A DNA stretch of 64,000 bases, from contig CAVWWD010000008.1 in NCBI GenBank assembly GCA_963758635.1, positions 512,001-576,000 on the forward strand. The letters run 5' to 3'. Of this stretch, positions 10,307-20,613 are shown one piece after another (position 1 is the stretch's first letter; the number at the start of each line of letters is the position of its first letter). The notes under the pieces were generated by a model, which saw only the letters and a program-made list of their open reading frames with translations, was not told the DNA's origin and did not search any database. Both the position numbers and the translations under genes were made by a program. This DNA is from an uncultured Candidatus Rokubacteria bacterium (GTDB taxonomy: Bacteria; Methylomirabilota; Methylomirabilia; Rokubacteriales; CSP1-6).

Positions 10307-10432
10307 CTCCCTCTCCCTTCGAGGGAGAAGGCCGGGGTGAGGGTCGGTGGTGCGACCTCGCGGGCAGACGTTCCACGTGCTGTCCGACCGCCCCTCACCC
10401 TGCCCTCTCCCCAGAGGGGAGAGGGAGTGACG
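10307..10432. repeat. REP-doublet/MITE-like palindromic element, copy 1
   Basis: Terminal inverted repeats CTCCCTCTCCC...GGGAGAGGGAG with inner GGGTGAGGG/CCCTCACCC arms; near-identical copy at 22870-22983. Confidence 0.8.
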
Positions 10433-10450
10433 CCGCCGCGCGGGTAGCGC

Positions 10451-11209
10451 GTGAACTACAACTGGCACTGGCGGGTGCTCCTCGAGATGGAGCCGGGCGG
10501 CACCGGCACCTATCTCCACTACCTTCTGGTCGGTCTCCTCTGGACGCTCGCCACCGCGCTCGCCGCGTGGGTCATCGCCCTCCTCGTGGGGGCGATCGTG
10601 GGCACGCTCCGTACCACCCCGGTGCCCTGGGTGGTGCGGCTCGGCAACGCCTACGTGGAGATCTTCCGCAACGTCCCGCTCATCGTGCAGATGTTCCTGT
10701 GGTTCTTCGTGGTCCCCGAGCTCCTGCCCCAGGCGCTCGGGGACCGGATCAAGCAGTTGCCGCCGCCGTGGGGCTCGTACGTCCCCGCCGTGCTCTGCCT
10801 GGCCATCTTCACGTCGGTGCGCGTCGCCGAGCAGGTGCGCGCCGGCATCATGTCCCTGCCGCGCGGCCAGGGCATGGCCGCCACCGCGATGGGGCTCACC
10901 CGGGGGCAGGCGTACCGCCACGTGATCCTGCCGCAGTGCTTCCGGATCATCCTGCCGCCACTCACGTCCGAGTTCATGAACGTGATCAAGAACTCCTCGG
11001 TGGCGCTGACGATCGGCCTCCTGGAGCTCACCGGCCGCGCGCGCGCCATGCAGGAGTTCAGCTTCCGCGTGTTCGAGGCCTTCGCGGCGGCCACGGTGAT
11101 CTACCTCCTCACGAACCTGGTCATCGTGACGCTGATGCGGGCCCTCGAGAGGAAGGTGCGCGTGCCCGGCCTCATCGCGGCGGGCGGCGCGCCCCAGGCC
11201 GGGCACTGA
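10451..11209 (+). CDS. gltJ: Amino acid ABC transporter permease
   Basis: [49 protein letters not shown]. Confidence 0.85.
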   Translation: MNYNWHWRVLLEMEPGGTGTYLHYLLVGLLWTLATALAAWVIALLVGAIVGTLRTTPVPWVVRLGNAYVEIFRNVPLIVQMFLWFFVVPELLPQALGDRIKQLPPPWGSYVPAVLCLAIFTSVRVAEQVRAGIMSLPRGQGMAATAMGLTRGQAYRHVILPQCFRIILPPLTSEFMNVIKNSSVALTIGLLELTGRARAMQEFSFRVFEAFAAATVIYLLTNLVIVTLMRALERKVRVPGLIAAGGAPQAGH

Positions 11210-11215
11210 GGGGCG

Positions 11216-11905
11216 ATGACCGGGTTCGACTTCAACGTCATCCGCCGCTCGCTGCTGTACCTGTTCCGGGACGGCATGACGTTCACGATCACCCTCACCC
11301 TGCTCGCGATGACCGGCGGCATCGTGTTCGGCACGGTGCTCGCCATGATGCGGCTCGCGCGGGCCAGGGCGGTGTCGGCGCTCGCCGGCGGCTACGTGAA
11401 CCTCATGCGCTCGGTCCCGCTGGTGCTGGTGATCTTCTGGTTCTTCTTCCTCGTCCCGTACATCGGCGCGTGGATCGTGCGGTCGCCCACTCCGATCAAG
11501 GTGGGCGCGTTCTCGTCCGCGCTCATCACGTTCACCATGTTCGAGGCCGCGTACTACTGCGAGATCATGCGCGCGGGCATCCAGTCCATCCCGCGCGGCC
11601 AGCTCTGGTCCGGCTACGCGCTGGGCCTCAACTACTGGCAGGCCATGCGCTTCGTGGTGCTCCCCCAGGCGTTCCGGAACATGCTGCCGGTGCTCCTCAC
11701 CCAGACCATCATCCTGTTCCAGGACACGTCGCTCGTGTACGTGATCTCGGCCACCGACTTCCTGGGCGCCGCCGCGAAGATCGCCAACCGCGACTACCGC
11801 CTCGTCGAGATGTACACGTTCGCCGCGGTCGTCTACTTCGTCATCTCCTACGGCCTGTCGGCGCTGGTCAAGCGGCTGCAGGCGAGGCTGGTGGTCATCA
11901 GATGA
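11216..11905 (+). CDS. gltK: Amino acid ABC transporter permease
   Basis: [48 protein letters not shown]. Confidence 0.85.
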   Translation: MTGFDFNVIRRSLLYLFRDGMTFTITLTLLAMTGGIVFGTVLAMMRLARARAVSALAGGYVNLMRSVPLVLVIFWFFFLVPYIGAWIVRSPTPIKVGAFSSALITFTMFEAAYYCEIMRAGIQSIPRGQLWSGYALGLNYWQAMRFVVLPQAFRNMLPVLLTQTIILFQDTSLVYVISATDFLGAAAKIANRDYRLVEMYTFAAVVYFVISYGLSALVKRLQARLVVIR

Positions 11906-12639
11906 CAGCCATGATCCGGATGGACCGCGTCAGCAAGTGGTACGGCGCCTTCCAGGTGCTCGCCGACTGCACCACCGACATCGAGAAGGGCGAGGTGGTG
12001 GTGGTCTGCGGGCCGTCGGGGAGCGGGAAGTCGACCCTCATCAAGTGCGTGAACGGGCTCGAGCCCTTCCAGAAGGGCGAGGTCCTGGTCGACGGCGTGT
12101 CCGTCGGCGATGCCCGGACGGACCTCCCGAAGCTCCGCGCCCGCATCGGCATGGTCTTCCAGAACTTCGAGCTGTTCCCGCACATGTCGGTCACCCAGAA
12201 CCTGGCCCTCGCCCAGGTCAAGGTGCTCGGCCGCACCCATGATGCCGCGCGCGACAAGGGCCTGAAGCTCCTCGACCGTGTCGGCCTCCTCGCGCACCAG
12301 GACAAGTACCCGGGCCAGCTCTCGGGCGGCCAGCAGCAGCGGGTGGCGATCGCCCGGGCCCTCAGCATGGACCCCATCGCGATGCTGTTCGACGAGCCCA
12401 CGTCCGCGCTCGATCCCGAGATGATCAACGAGGTGCTGGACGTGATGGTGGAGCTGGCCCGCGAGGGGATGACCATGATGGTGGTGACCCACGAGATGGG
12501 CTTCGCGCGCAAGGTGGCCCACCGGGTGATCTTCATGGACGGCGGCCGGATCGTCGAGGACGCGAGGACGGAAGAGTTCTTCGGCACGCCCCGGTCGGAG
12601 CGCGCCCAGCAGTTCCTCTCGAAGATCCTCCAGCACTGA
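11902..12639 (+). CDS. gltL: Amino acid ABC transporter ATP-binding protein
   Basis: Walker [10 protein letters not shown], signature LSGGQQQR, Walker [16 protein letters not shown] overlap with gltK. Confidence 0.9.
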   Translation: MTAMIRMDRVSKWYGAFQVLADCTTDIEKGEVVVVCGPSGSGKSTLIKCVNGLEPFQKGEVLVDGVSVGDARTDLPKLRARIGMVFQNFELFPHMSVTQNLALAQVKVLGRTHDAARDKGLKLLDRVGLLAHQDKYPGQLSGGQQQRVAIARALSMDPIAMLFDEPTSALDPEMINEVLDVMVELAREGMTMMVVTHEMGFARKVAHRVIFMDGGRIVEDARTEEFFGTPRSERAQQFLSKILQH

Positions 12640-12738
12640 TGACCCGCGCAGAATACGGTAACCGCCACGGGCCTCTACAGTCCCACCGCTCGGCATGAGT
12701 CTGATGCGCGGGGCTCACTAACGGGCCGCGGGACGGCC

Positions 12739-13578
12739 GTGCCCGAGACGATCCTGCCCGACGGGGTGCGCCTGCACTGGCGCGAGGCCGGCGATCCCGC
12801 GGGGCCGCCCGTGGTGTGGATCCACGGCGGCTCCATCGAGGACTCGTCGATGATGGTCCCCGACCTGGAGCCGTTCTTCGACCGGATCCGGGCGCTCTTC
12901 CCCGACACGCGCGGTCACGGGCTCTCCCAGAAGTTCGAGCGGGTCGAGGACTACCGCTACCCGGCCAAGGCCCAGGACGTGCTCGCGTGGCTGGACGGGC
13001 TGGGCATCCGCGCGCCGGTGTGGGGCGGCGCGTCCATGGGCGCCGCGCTCTCGCTCTGGGTGGCCGCGCGCCATCCGGACCGCGCGCGCGCCGTCGTGTC
13101 GATCAGCGGGCCGCCGTTCGCGCCCATCGAGAAGGACAAGCAATGGTGGGCGGCGCACCGGCACCTGGTGGCGGCCGGGCGCTTCGACGAGTACTTCGAC
13201 GCCAACGTCCGGCTGCGGATGGGCGACGCCGCCCTCGCGCGGCTGCGCGAGCGGCCGGAGCGCTACGCGGGGATCACCGGGCGCCTGCGCGACCACTCGG
13301 TGCCCTCGCTCCTCGCGCTCCTCGACGAGACGTACTCGCGCCACGAGTGGCTCGACGAGTGCGCGGCCATCCGCTGCCCGGTGCTGGTCATCGCCGGCTC
13401 CGAGGACGAGTTCCCGACCCTCGAGATGTCCCGGCGCGTGGCCGGGACCATCCCCGGCGCGCGGCTGCACGCCGTGGCGGGCGGGCCGCATTTCCCGAAC
13501 CGCACGCATCGCGCGGAGGTCCAGTCCGTCATCGAACGCTTCTGGATGGAGATCGGCGTGCTCTCCGCCCGCGCTTGA
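12739..13578 (+). CDS. Alpha/beta-fold hydrolase
   Basis: VWIHGG, PDTRGHGLS, nucleophile elbow GASMG, C-terminal GPHFP. Confidence 0.85.
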   Translation: MPETILPDGVRLHWREAGDPAGPPVVWIHGGSIEDSSMMVPDLEPFFDRIRALFPDTRGHGLSQKFERVEDYRYPAKAQDVLAWLDGLGIRAPVWGGASMGAALSLWVAARHPDRARAVVSISGPPFAPIEKDKQWWAAHRHLVAAGRFDEYFDANVRLRMGDAALARLRERPERYAGITGRLRDHSVPSLLALLDETYSRHEWLDECAAIRCPVLVIAGSEDEFPTLEMSRRVAGTIPGARLHAVAGGPHFPNRTHRAEVQSVIERFWMEIGVLSARA

Positions 13579-13603
13579 CAAGCCTCGTCACCTTCTCGAT
13601 AGT
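13575..13603 (+). promoter_or_regulatory. Sigma70-like promoter, probably giving a leaderless mRNA
   Basis: TTGACA 13575-13580, 17 nt, GATAGT 13598-13603, ATG at 13610 with no SD. Confidence 0.6.
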
Positions 13604-13609
13604 CCGCGT

Positions 13610-14785
13610 ATGACGGCTTCGGAGTCGACGCCACCGAGTCGACCATCGTTCTTCAAGCCGCCGCCGTCACTCCCCGCCCCCCCGCCGCCCCCTCCGCCGG
13701 CGACCAGCGCCGTTGCCGGGCTCGCCCCGCCGCCCCCGGCGCCGTTCCGTCCGCTCCCGCCGCCGCCTCCGCCGCCCGCGCCGCCCACGGCGGGCGGACC
13801 CCCGGGCTGGGATCCTGCGATGGCCGCTCCGCGCCAGCGGCGCCGCCTCTTCTTCCACGGCACCGGCGGCACGCTGTTCGGCATCCACATCGTCAACGTG
13901 CTCTTCACCATCGTCACGCTCGGGGCCTACTACTTCTGGGCGAAGACGCGGGTGCGCGTGTACATGCTGAGCCAGGCCGAGTTCGAGGGGGATCGCTTCG
14001 CGTGGCACGGCACGGGCAAGGAGCTGCTGATCGGCTTCCTGAAGGCCATGATCGTCTTCTTCATCCCCGTGAGCGCGCTCAGCTTCATCCAGAACGTGCC
14101 CGAGGTGTCGGCGCCGCTCCAGCTCATGGCCGCCATCCTCGGGTACGCGCTCGTGGTGATCGTGCTCCCCCTCGCCATGGTCGGCTCGCGGCGCTACCGG
14201 CTCAGCCGGATCTCGTGGCGCGGCATCCGCTTCTCCTTCCGCGGCCCGGCCTGGGACTTCGTGAAGATCTTCATCGTGGGCTCGATCCTCACGTCGCTGA
14301 CCCTGGGGCTCTACTACCCGTTCTTCGACACCCGGCGCTACGCCTTCATGACCTCCCACGCCTGGTTCGGCAATCGCCGCTTCCGCTTCGATGGGCAAGG
14401 GCGGGAGCTGTTCCGGCCGTTCCTCCTCACCCTGCTCCTGGTCCTGCCCACCCTCGGCCTGGCCCTGTTCTGGTACTGGGCGCGCAGGCGGCGGTTCTTC
14501 TGGGACCACACGTCGGTGGACGAGGCGCGCTTCCGCTGCACCGTCGCGGGCGGCCGCCTGACCCTGCTGATGCTCGGCAACGTGGCGCTCCTCGTGTGCA
14601 CGCTGGGGCTCGCGTGGCCGTGGGTGAAGGTGCGGAACGCGCGCTTCACGTGCGCCAACCTGACGATCGACGGCCCGCTCGACCTCGACCAGATCCAGCA
14701 GGACGCCCAGGCCGCCTCCGCCACGGGGGAGGGGCTGGCCGGGCTGCTCGACTCCGGCTCCGGCTCCGGCTTCGACTTCGGATAG
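13610..14785 (+). CDS. YjgN/DUF898 family membrane protein with proline-rich N-terminus
   Basis: FHGTGGTLFGIHIVNVLFTIVTLGAYYFWAK, repeated TLGLYYPF / TLGLAWPW segments. Confidence 0.85.
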   Translation: MTASESTPPSRPSFFKPPPSLPAPPPPPPPATSAVAGLAPPPPAPFRPLPPPPPPPAPPTAGGPPGWDPAMAAPRQRRRLFFHGTGGTLFGIHIVNVLFTIVTLGAYYFWAKTRVRVYMLSQAEFEGDRFAWHGTGKELLIGFLKAMIVFFIPVSALSFIQNVPEVSAPLQLMAAILGYALVVIVLPLAMVGSRRYRLSRISWRGIRFSFRGPAWDFVKIFIVGSILTSLTLGLYYPFFDTRRYAFMTSHAWFGNRRFRFDGQGRELFRPFLLTLLLVLPTLGLALFWYWARRRRFFWDHTSVDEARFRCTVAGGRLTLLMLGNVALLVCTLGLAWPWVKVRNARFTCANLTIDGPLDLDQIQQDAQAASATGEGLAGLLDSGSGSGFDFG

Positions 14786-14801
14786 CGCGGCGGGCGGGCG
14801 G

Positions 14802-15965
14802 ATGAGCGACGCGGTCCCGAGCCCCCCGCGCGGCGCCGGGCGCCCCGGCTCGCCCGGGATACGCACGGACTGGCAAGCCGACTACCTCGACGGACGCACC
14901 GCGAGCCGCCGGCCTGCCGCGGTCCGGCTCATGGCGACCGGGATGGAGGTCCATCCCGAGGGCGGCGTCCCCGCCTTCTGGCGTCATTCCGAGATCAGGC
15001 AGACCCAGGGCTTTTACGAGGGGGAGGAGGTGCGCTTCGAGCGCGGCCGCGGGCTGGCCGAGACGCTGGTCGTCCGCGATCCCGCCTTCCTCACGAGCCT
15101 CGCCGCGATCCGGGGCGGTGGCAGCGGCCTGCACGCGCCGCAGCGCCGGCGGCTCCGTCTCGGCCTCACGGTGGGCGCCGGCCTCGCCGCGCTCGGGATC
15201 ACGGCCGCGCTCTACGTGTGGGGCATCCCGCTCCTCGCCGCCGCCGTCGCCGCGCGCGTTCCCGTGGCGTGGGAGGAGCGGCTGGGCGCGGCGGTGGCGG
15301 AGCAGGTCGCGCCGGCCGCCAAGCGCTGCGACGAGGGCGGCCGCCAGCGGCGGATCGACGAGATCGTGACCCGCCTCGCCGGGGCCCTCGCGCCGCCGAG
15401 CCCGTACCGGCTCCGCGTCTTCGTCGTGCAGGGAAAGACGGTGAACGCCCTGGCCGCGCCCGGCGGCTACATGGTGGTGTTCAAGGGGCTGCTCGACCAG
15501 GCGGAGAGCCCGGAGGAACTGGCCGGGGTGCTCGCCCACGAGCTGCAACACATCCAGCACCGGCACGCCACGAAGATGCTGGTGCAGCACGCCTCCACCG
15601 GCCTGCTCTTGATGGCCCTGACCGGTGACGTGACCGGCGTGATGGCGTACGGGCTCGAGAGCGCGCGCGTGCTCGGGCAGCTCCAGTACAGCCGCCTCGC
15701 CGAGCAGGAGGCCGATCGCGAGGGCATGCGCCTGCTCCTGGCCGCGCGGGTGGATCCGGCGGGGATGCTCGCGTTCTTCGAGAAGCTCGAGGGAAAGGAG
15801 CGGGGGCCGGCCCTCCTCACGTACCTGTCCTCCCACCCGAGCTTCGAGGACCGGATCGCGCGGCTCAAGGCGCTGGCCGCCGGCGCGCCCGCGCCGGCGA
15901 AGCTCCTGCCGGACTATGACTGGCGAGACATCCGGAGCATCTGCCCCGCCCGCGACGAGCGCTGA
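14802..15965 (+). CDS. M48 family metallopeptidase (usual partner of DUF898)
   Basis: VNALAAPGG, LAHELQH (HExxH), EQEADREG, YLSSHP. Confidence 0.9.
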   Translation: MSDAVPSPPRGAGRPGSPGIRTDWQADYLDGRTASRRPAAVRLMATGMEVHPEGGVPAFWRHSEIRQTQGFYEGEEVRFERGRGLAETLVVRDPAFLTSLAAIRGGGSGLHAPQRRRLRLGLTVGAGLAALGITAALYVWGIPLLAAAVAARVPVAWEERLGAAVAEQVAPAAKRCDEGGRQRRIDEIVTRLAGALAPPSPYRLRVFVVQGKTVNALAAPGGYMVVFKGLLDQAESPEELAGVLAHELQHIQHRHATKMLVQHASTGLLLMALTGDVTGVMAYGLESARVLGQLQYSRLAEQEADREGMRLLLAARVDPAGMLAFFEKLEGKERGPALLTYLSSHPSFEDRIARLKALAAGAPAPAKLLPDYDWRDIRSICPARDER

Positions 15966-16400
15966 GCCGGAGCCCCGGCGCGCCACGCCGCGGTTCAAGG
16001 GCACGCTCCGCGGCGCGGTGATCGGCCTGGTCGCGGCCGTGCTCGCCGCCGCGGCGGCGCACCTGCCGCTGATCGACACGTGGGAACGCCCCACGCTCGA
16101 CCTGCGGGTCCGTGCCTTCGCGCGCCCGGAGCGGGCCGACCCCGCCATCGTCGCCGTGGTTATCGACCAGAAGTCGCTCGACGCCATCACCGCGCCGCGG
16201 GAGCAGGGCGGCCTCGAGCAGGGATGGCTGTGGCCGCGCGACTTCCACGCCGCCGTGCTCCGCTACCTCCTCGACGCGGGCGCGCGCGCGGTGGCGTTCA
16301 ACCTGGTCATAAGCGAAACGAGCATCTACACGCGGCTCGGGATCGTCGACGACGACGAGGACCTGGCGCGGGCGGGGGGCGGGCCGGCCCGTCATCCACG
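15916..16400 (+). pseudogene. Truncated CHASE2 sensor-domain gene
   Basis: TM helix, then WERPTLDLRVR...IVAVVIDQKSL...WLWPRDFHAAVL...GARAVAFNLVISE...DEDLARA, then non-homologous sequence with no output domain. Confidence 0.65.
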
Positions 16401-16708
16401 CCGCGTCGTTCACTCCCGAGCGGCTCACCGAGCAGGCTCAGCTTCTCCAGGGGCAGCGGCCGGGCGGCCGGCGGAACCCCAGCGGTTCACGCAGGCGATG
16501 GCCGCGGGCCAGCCTCGTCCCGCCGGCCCCACCCGGCGCCGGGGCCCGGACGCCCGGGGCCTCCCACTCGCTGAAGGGCGGGTCGCTCGAGCGTCCCTGG
16601 AGGTCACCCGCCGGCCGGCCATCGGTCGGGTCCCCTCGGCCTCCGGATCCCTCCGTAGGACCTAAAGTCCTCTAGCGAGGGCCTGTGCCGGGTGCCAGAG
16701 TGCCGGCC

Positions 16709-18212
16709 ATGAAGACGACCCCCATCGCCGCGCTCCTGATCGGCATGGTGCTGGCCCTGGCGTCACCTGCGGCCGGAGAACCCCGCGAAGGGGCCCCGCC
16801 CCCCGCCGCCGGCGACCCGTCGGCCAAGGCCAGGCAGCTCAGGATCGCCAACCGCGCCTGGACCGGCGATTTCGACCGCATGCTGGAGCGGCGGGTGATC
16901 CGCGTGAGCGCGCCGTACAGCCGGTCGCTCTACTTCAGCGACAAGGGCCGCGAGCGCGGCCTCGCCGTCGAGCTGGTGCGGGACTTCGAGCGCTACCTGA
17001 ACGTGAAGTACAAGACCCAGCTCGGCAAGCGGCCGCTCACCGTCTACATCGGGCCGGCCACGCGGGACCGGCTGCTGCCCGACGTGGAAGGCGGGCTCTC
17101 GGACATCGCCATCGGGAACCTCACCGTGACCGATGAGCGGCTCAAGCGCGTGGACTTCGTGCCCGGGGACGAGGGGCGGCGAACCATCAACGAGGTCGTC
17201 GTCACCGGACCGACGAGCCCGCCCGCTCCTCTCGGTGGAAGACCTGTCCGGCAAACGGGTCCACGTCAGGAAGGCCGCGAGCTACTACGAGAGTCTCCAG
17301 ACCCTCAACGAGCGCCTCAAGCGGGAGGACAAGCCCCCCGTCGAGCTGGTCCTGGTGTCCGACGCCCTCGAGGACGAGGACATGATGGACATGCTCGACG
17401 CCGGGCTCTTCCAGCTCATCGTCGCCGACGACTGGAAGGCGCGGATGTGGGCGCAGGTGCTCCCGAAGCTCAAGGTGCGCAACGACCTGGTCCTGCGCAA
17501 GGACGCCCGCACGGGCTGGGCGGTCCGCAAGGAGAGCCCGAAGCTCGTGGCCGAGATCGACGACTTCTTCCGCAACTGGGCGATCAAGCAGGGCGTGGCC
17601 GACTACCGGATGAACGTCTACATGAAGCGCGTGAAGGAGCTCCGCGACCCGTCGGGGAGCGTGGAGTACCGGCGGTTCAAGGAGACCCTGGCGCTGTTCG
17701 AGAAGTACGGCGGCAAGTACGGCTTCGACCCGTTCATGCTCGCCGCCCAGGGGTATCAGGAGTCGCAGCTGAACCAGGGCGCGCGGAGCCACGTGGGGGC
17801 GATCGGCATCATGCAGATCATGCCCGCCACCGGCGCGGAGATGAAGGTCGGGAGCATCACGGTGGCCGAGCCCAACGTCCACGCGGGCGTGAAGTACATG
17901 GACCACCTGATGGACCGCTACTTCGCCGGGGCGCACTTCAGCGAGGGCAACCGGCCGCTCTTCGCGTTCGCCAGCTACAACGCCGGCCCCGGGAACATCG
18001 CGAAGGCGCGGCGCGAGGCCGAGCGGCGCGGCCTGGACCCGAACCGCTGGTTCAACAACGTGGAGGTCGTGGTGGCGGAGAAGATCGGCACCGAGACCAC
18101 CACCTACGTGCGGAACATCTACAAGTACTACGTCGCCTACAAGCTGATGCTCGACGCCGAGGAGACGGCCAGGAAGGCGCGGGAGCAGGCGGGCGCGCCC
18201 GCCTCGAGGTGA
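16709..18212 (+). CDS. MltF-like lytic transglycosylase (SBP domain + SLT domain), frameshift near 17222
   Basis: WTGDFDRMLERRVIRV N-terminus; SLT motifs AQGYQESQL, GAIGIMQIMP, ASYNAGPG, ETTTYVRNI. Confidence 0.85.
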
Positions 18213-18231
18213 CCGGCGCGAGAGCGGCCCG

Positions 18232-18507
18232 CTACGGCTCGCGGGCCGCTTCGCGGAGGGCGGTCAGGACGGCATCGGCTTCGACGCGCTCTCGACCCAC
18301 GCGGGCCAGCGCGTCACGGACGAGACCTCGGTCGCCCGCCGCCCAGGCCAGGCCGAGCCCGACGTGGAGCTCCTCGCCGGACAGGAGCCCGGCCTCGCCC
18401 GCCCGTAGCCGCTCCAGGGCCCGGGGGCCGACGAAGGCCCGCTTCAGCGACAGGCACAGGTCGCGCGCGTCGGAGACGGCCCGGATCGCTCGCCCGGCGT
18501 CCCTCAC
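18232..18507 (-). CDS. Small hypothetical protein (91 aa) coupled to the nucleotidyltransferase
   Basis: GTG start overlaps the TGA of 18504-18962 (GTGA); sequence ...AVSDARDLCLSLKRA... Confidence 0.5.
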   Translation of the reverse strand: MRDAGRAIRAVSDARDLCLSLKRAFVGPRALERLRAGEAGLLSGEELHVGLGLAWAAGDRGLVRDALARVGRERVEADAVLTALREAAREP

Positions 18508-18962
18508 GGCTCCTCCAGGGCGGCGATGTCCGCCTGGTCCTGCGCGGAGTTCCGAAGGCGTTTGAGCGCGATGAGCCCGGCACGTGAGACCACGGGCATC
18601 GAGTGTCCCTCCCACGCCACGGTTTCCCGATCCGCCCAGGCCGCCGCCGCATCGCCGCCCGCCTCGATCACGTCGAGCATCAGGACATCGGGATCATCCG
18701 GAACGATCCTGCTCAGCCGATGCATCACGATCCGGCCGCCGGACAGGCGTGCCGGCGCTTTCTCGCGGGAGACGAAGCCGATCGGGCGGACGGCCTCGAC
18801 GAGGCGCGCGATGGATTCCGGCGGCGCGAGGAGGTCGATGTCGATCGTGGCCCGGGGTCGCGCGTGGATCGACATGGCCAGGCCTCCGCACACGGCGAAC
18901 GGAACACCGGCGCGCTCGAGGGCGTCCACCACGGCGCGGAAGCTCTCGAGCAGGCTGGCCAT
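18504..18962 (-). CDS. Pol-beta superfamily nucleotidyltransferase (AbiEii/DUF6036-like)
   Basis: FAVCGGLAMSIHARPRATIDIDLL (GG...RxTxDxD) and C-terminal LIALKR...QDQADIAAL. Confidence 0.75.
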   Translation of the reverse strand: MASLLESFRAVVDALERAGVPFAVCGGLAMSIHARPRATIDIDLLAPPESIARLVEAVRPIGFVSREKAPARLSGGRIVMHRLSRIVPDDPDVLMLDVIEAGGDAAAAWADRETVAWEGHSMPVVSRAGLIALKRLRNSAQDQADIAALEEP

Positions 18963-18977
18963 CGTCGCCGGCCGCGC

Positions 18978-20609
18978 TCAGGCCTTCGGCGTCCAGCCCT
19001 TGAAGCGCTCGCGGAGCACCTTCTTGTCGAACTTGCCGACGCTCGTCTTGGGCACGGCGTCGATGAACACGACCTCGTCGGGCAGCCACCACTTGGCCAC
19101 GCGGGGGCGCAGGTACTCGAGAACCTCCTCGGCGTCGAGCTGGCCGGCGAACTCCGGCTTGGGCACCACGCAGGCGAGGGGACGCTCGACCCAGCGCTCG
19201 TGGGGCACGGCGATCACCGCGGCCTCCAGCACCTTCGGGTGGCCCATGATGGTGGTCTCCATGTCCACGCTGGAGATCCACTCGCCGCCGGACTTGATGA
19301 GGTCCTTGGTGCGGTCGGTGATCTGCACGTAGCCGTCGGGGTCGATGGTGGCGACGTCGCCGGTCCGGAACCAGCCGTCCTCGGTGAACTGCGCGGCGCC
19401 GGCGGGATTGTCGTAGTAGCTCGACGCCACCCACGGGCCGCGCACCTGGATCTCGCCCACGCTCTGGCCGTCCCACGGCTGCACCTGGCCGGCCTCGTCC
19501 ACGATCCGCATGTCCACGCCAGCCACCGGCGCCCCCTGCTTGGCGCGCACGGCGTAGCGCTCGTCGTCGGACGCGGCGTCCAGGTACGAGCGCGGGCGGC
19601 ACACCGTGCCGAGCGGGGTCATCTCGGTCATGCCCCACGCGTGGAGCATGTACGCCCCGTACTTCTTGTCGAACGTCTCGATGAGCGTGCGCGGAGCCGC
19701 CGAGCCGCCGATCGGGATGCAGCGGATCGACGAGATGTCCCACTGGGGCTCCTTCTCGAGGATCCCGTGGATCGCGATCCACACCGTGGGCACCGCGCCC
19801 ACGACGCTGACGCGCTCCCGGTGCACGATCTCGATGATGTCCCTCGGCTGCGGGTTCGGGCCGCCGAAGATCTGGGTGGCGCCGTTGAGCACGCCGGCGT
19901 AGGGCACGCACCACGCGTTGGCGTGGAACATGGGCACGATGTGGAGGATCACGTCGCGTTCGTTGATGCCGAGCACGTCCACGGTGGAGGACGCCAGGCA
20001 GTGGAGGAACACGCCGCGGTGCGTGTACACCACGCCCTTGGGATGGCCGGTGGTGCCGGACGTGTAGCACATGCCGGAGGCGTCGGTCTCCTCGAGCCGC
20101 GGCCACTCGGTCACCGGCGTGGCCGCGCCGACCAGCTCCTCGTAGTCGATGGTGCCCGGCGGCAGCGGGGCGTCCGGGGTGTCCCGCATCACGATGAAGT
20201 GCTTCACGGACCGGAGCTCGCGGCGGAAGGGCTCGATCAGGTGCCAGCAGCTCGCGTCCACGATGAGCGCGCGGTCCTCGGCATGGTTGACGATGTACGT
20301 GACGTCCTGCGGCGAGAGCCGGATGTTCACGGTGTGCAGGACCATGCCCATCAGAGGCGCGGCGAAGTACACCTCGAGGTGGCGGTGGGAGTTCCACGCG
20401 AAGGTCCCCACCCGGTCGCCCTTGGCGAGGCCGAGGCCGCGGAGCGCGCCGGCCAGCCGCCGCACGCGCTCGCAGTACTCCGCATAGGTGTACCGCCAGA
20501 GCGGCTGCCCCGGCACCCGCGTGGCGAGCGTCTTCTTGTGGAAGAGCTTCTCCGTGCGCTCGAAGACGTGGGTGAGGGTGAGCGGGTAGTCCATGATGAG
20601 ACCCTTCAT
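18978..20609 (-). CDS. Medium/long-chain fatty acyl-CoA ligase (AlkK/DmdB-like)
   Basis: MKGLIMDYPLTL start, YTSGTTGHPKG, PMFHANAW, WGMTE, DRTKDLIKSGGEWISS, PKTSVGKFDKK. Confidence 0.9.
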   Translation of the reverse strand: MKGLIMDYPLTLTHVFERTEKLFHKKTLATRVPGQPLWRYTYAEYCERVRRLAGALRGLGLAKGDRVGTFAWNSHRHLEVYFAAPLMGMVLHTVNIRLSPQDVTYIVNHAEDRALIVDASCWHLIEPFRRELRSVKHFIVMRDTPDAPLPPGTIDYEELVGAATPVTEWPRLEETDASGMCYTSGTTGHPKGVVYTHRGVFLHCLASSTVDVLGINERDVILHIVPMFHANAWCVPYAGVLNGATQIFGGPNPQPRDIIEIVHRERVSVVGAVPTVWIAIHGILEKEPQWDISSIRCIPIGGSAAPRTLIETFDKKYGAYMLHAWGMTEMTPLGTVCRPRSYLDAASDDERYAVRAKQGAPVAGVDMRIVDEAGQVQPWDGQSVGEIQVRGPWVASSYYDNPAGAAQFTEDGWFRTGDVATIDPDGYVQITDRTKDLIKSGGEWISSVDMETTIMGHPKVLEAAVIAVPHERWVERPLACVVPKPEFAGQLDAEEVLEYLRPRVAKWWLPDEVVFIDAVPKTSVGKFDKKVLRERFKGWTPKA

Positions 20610-20613
20610 CGCG

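Noticed and set aside
13660..13810. CCG-rich repeats as a repeat array or CRISPR
   Set aside because: They encode the proline-rich N-terminus of the DUF898 protein; there is no repeat-spacer periodicity and no cas genes are present.
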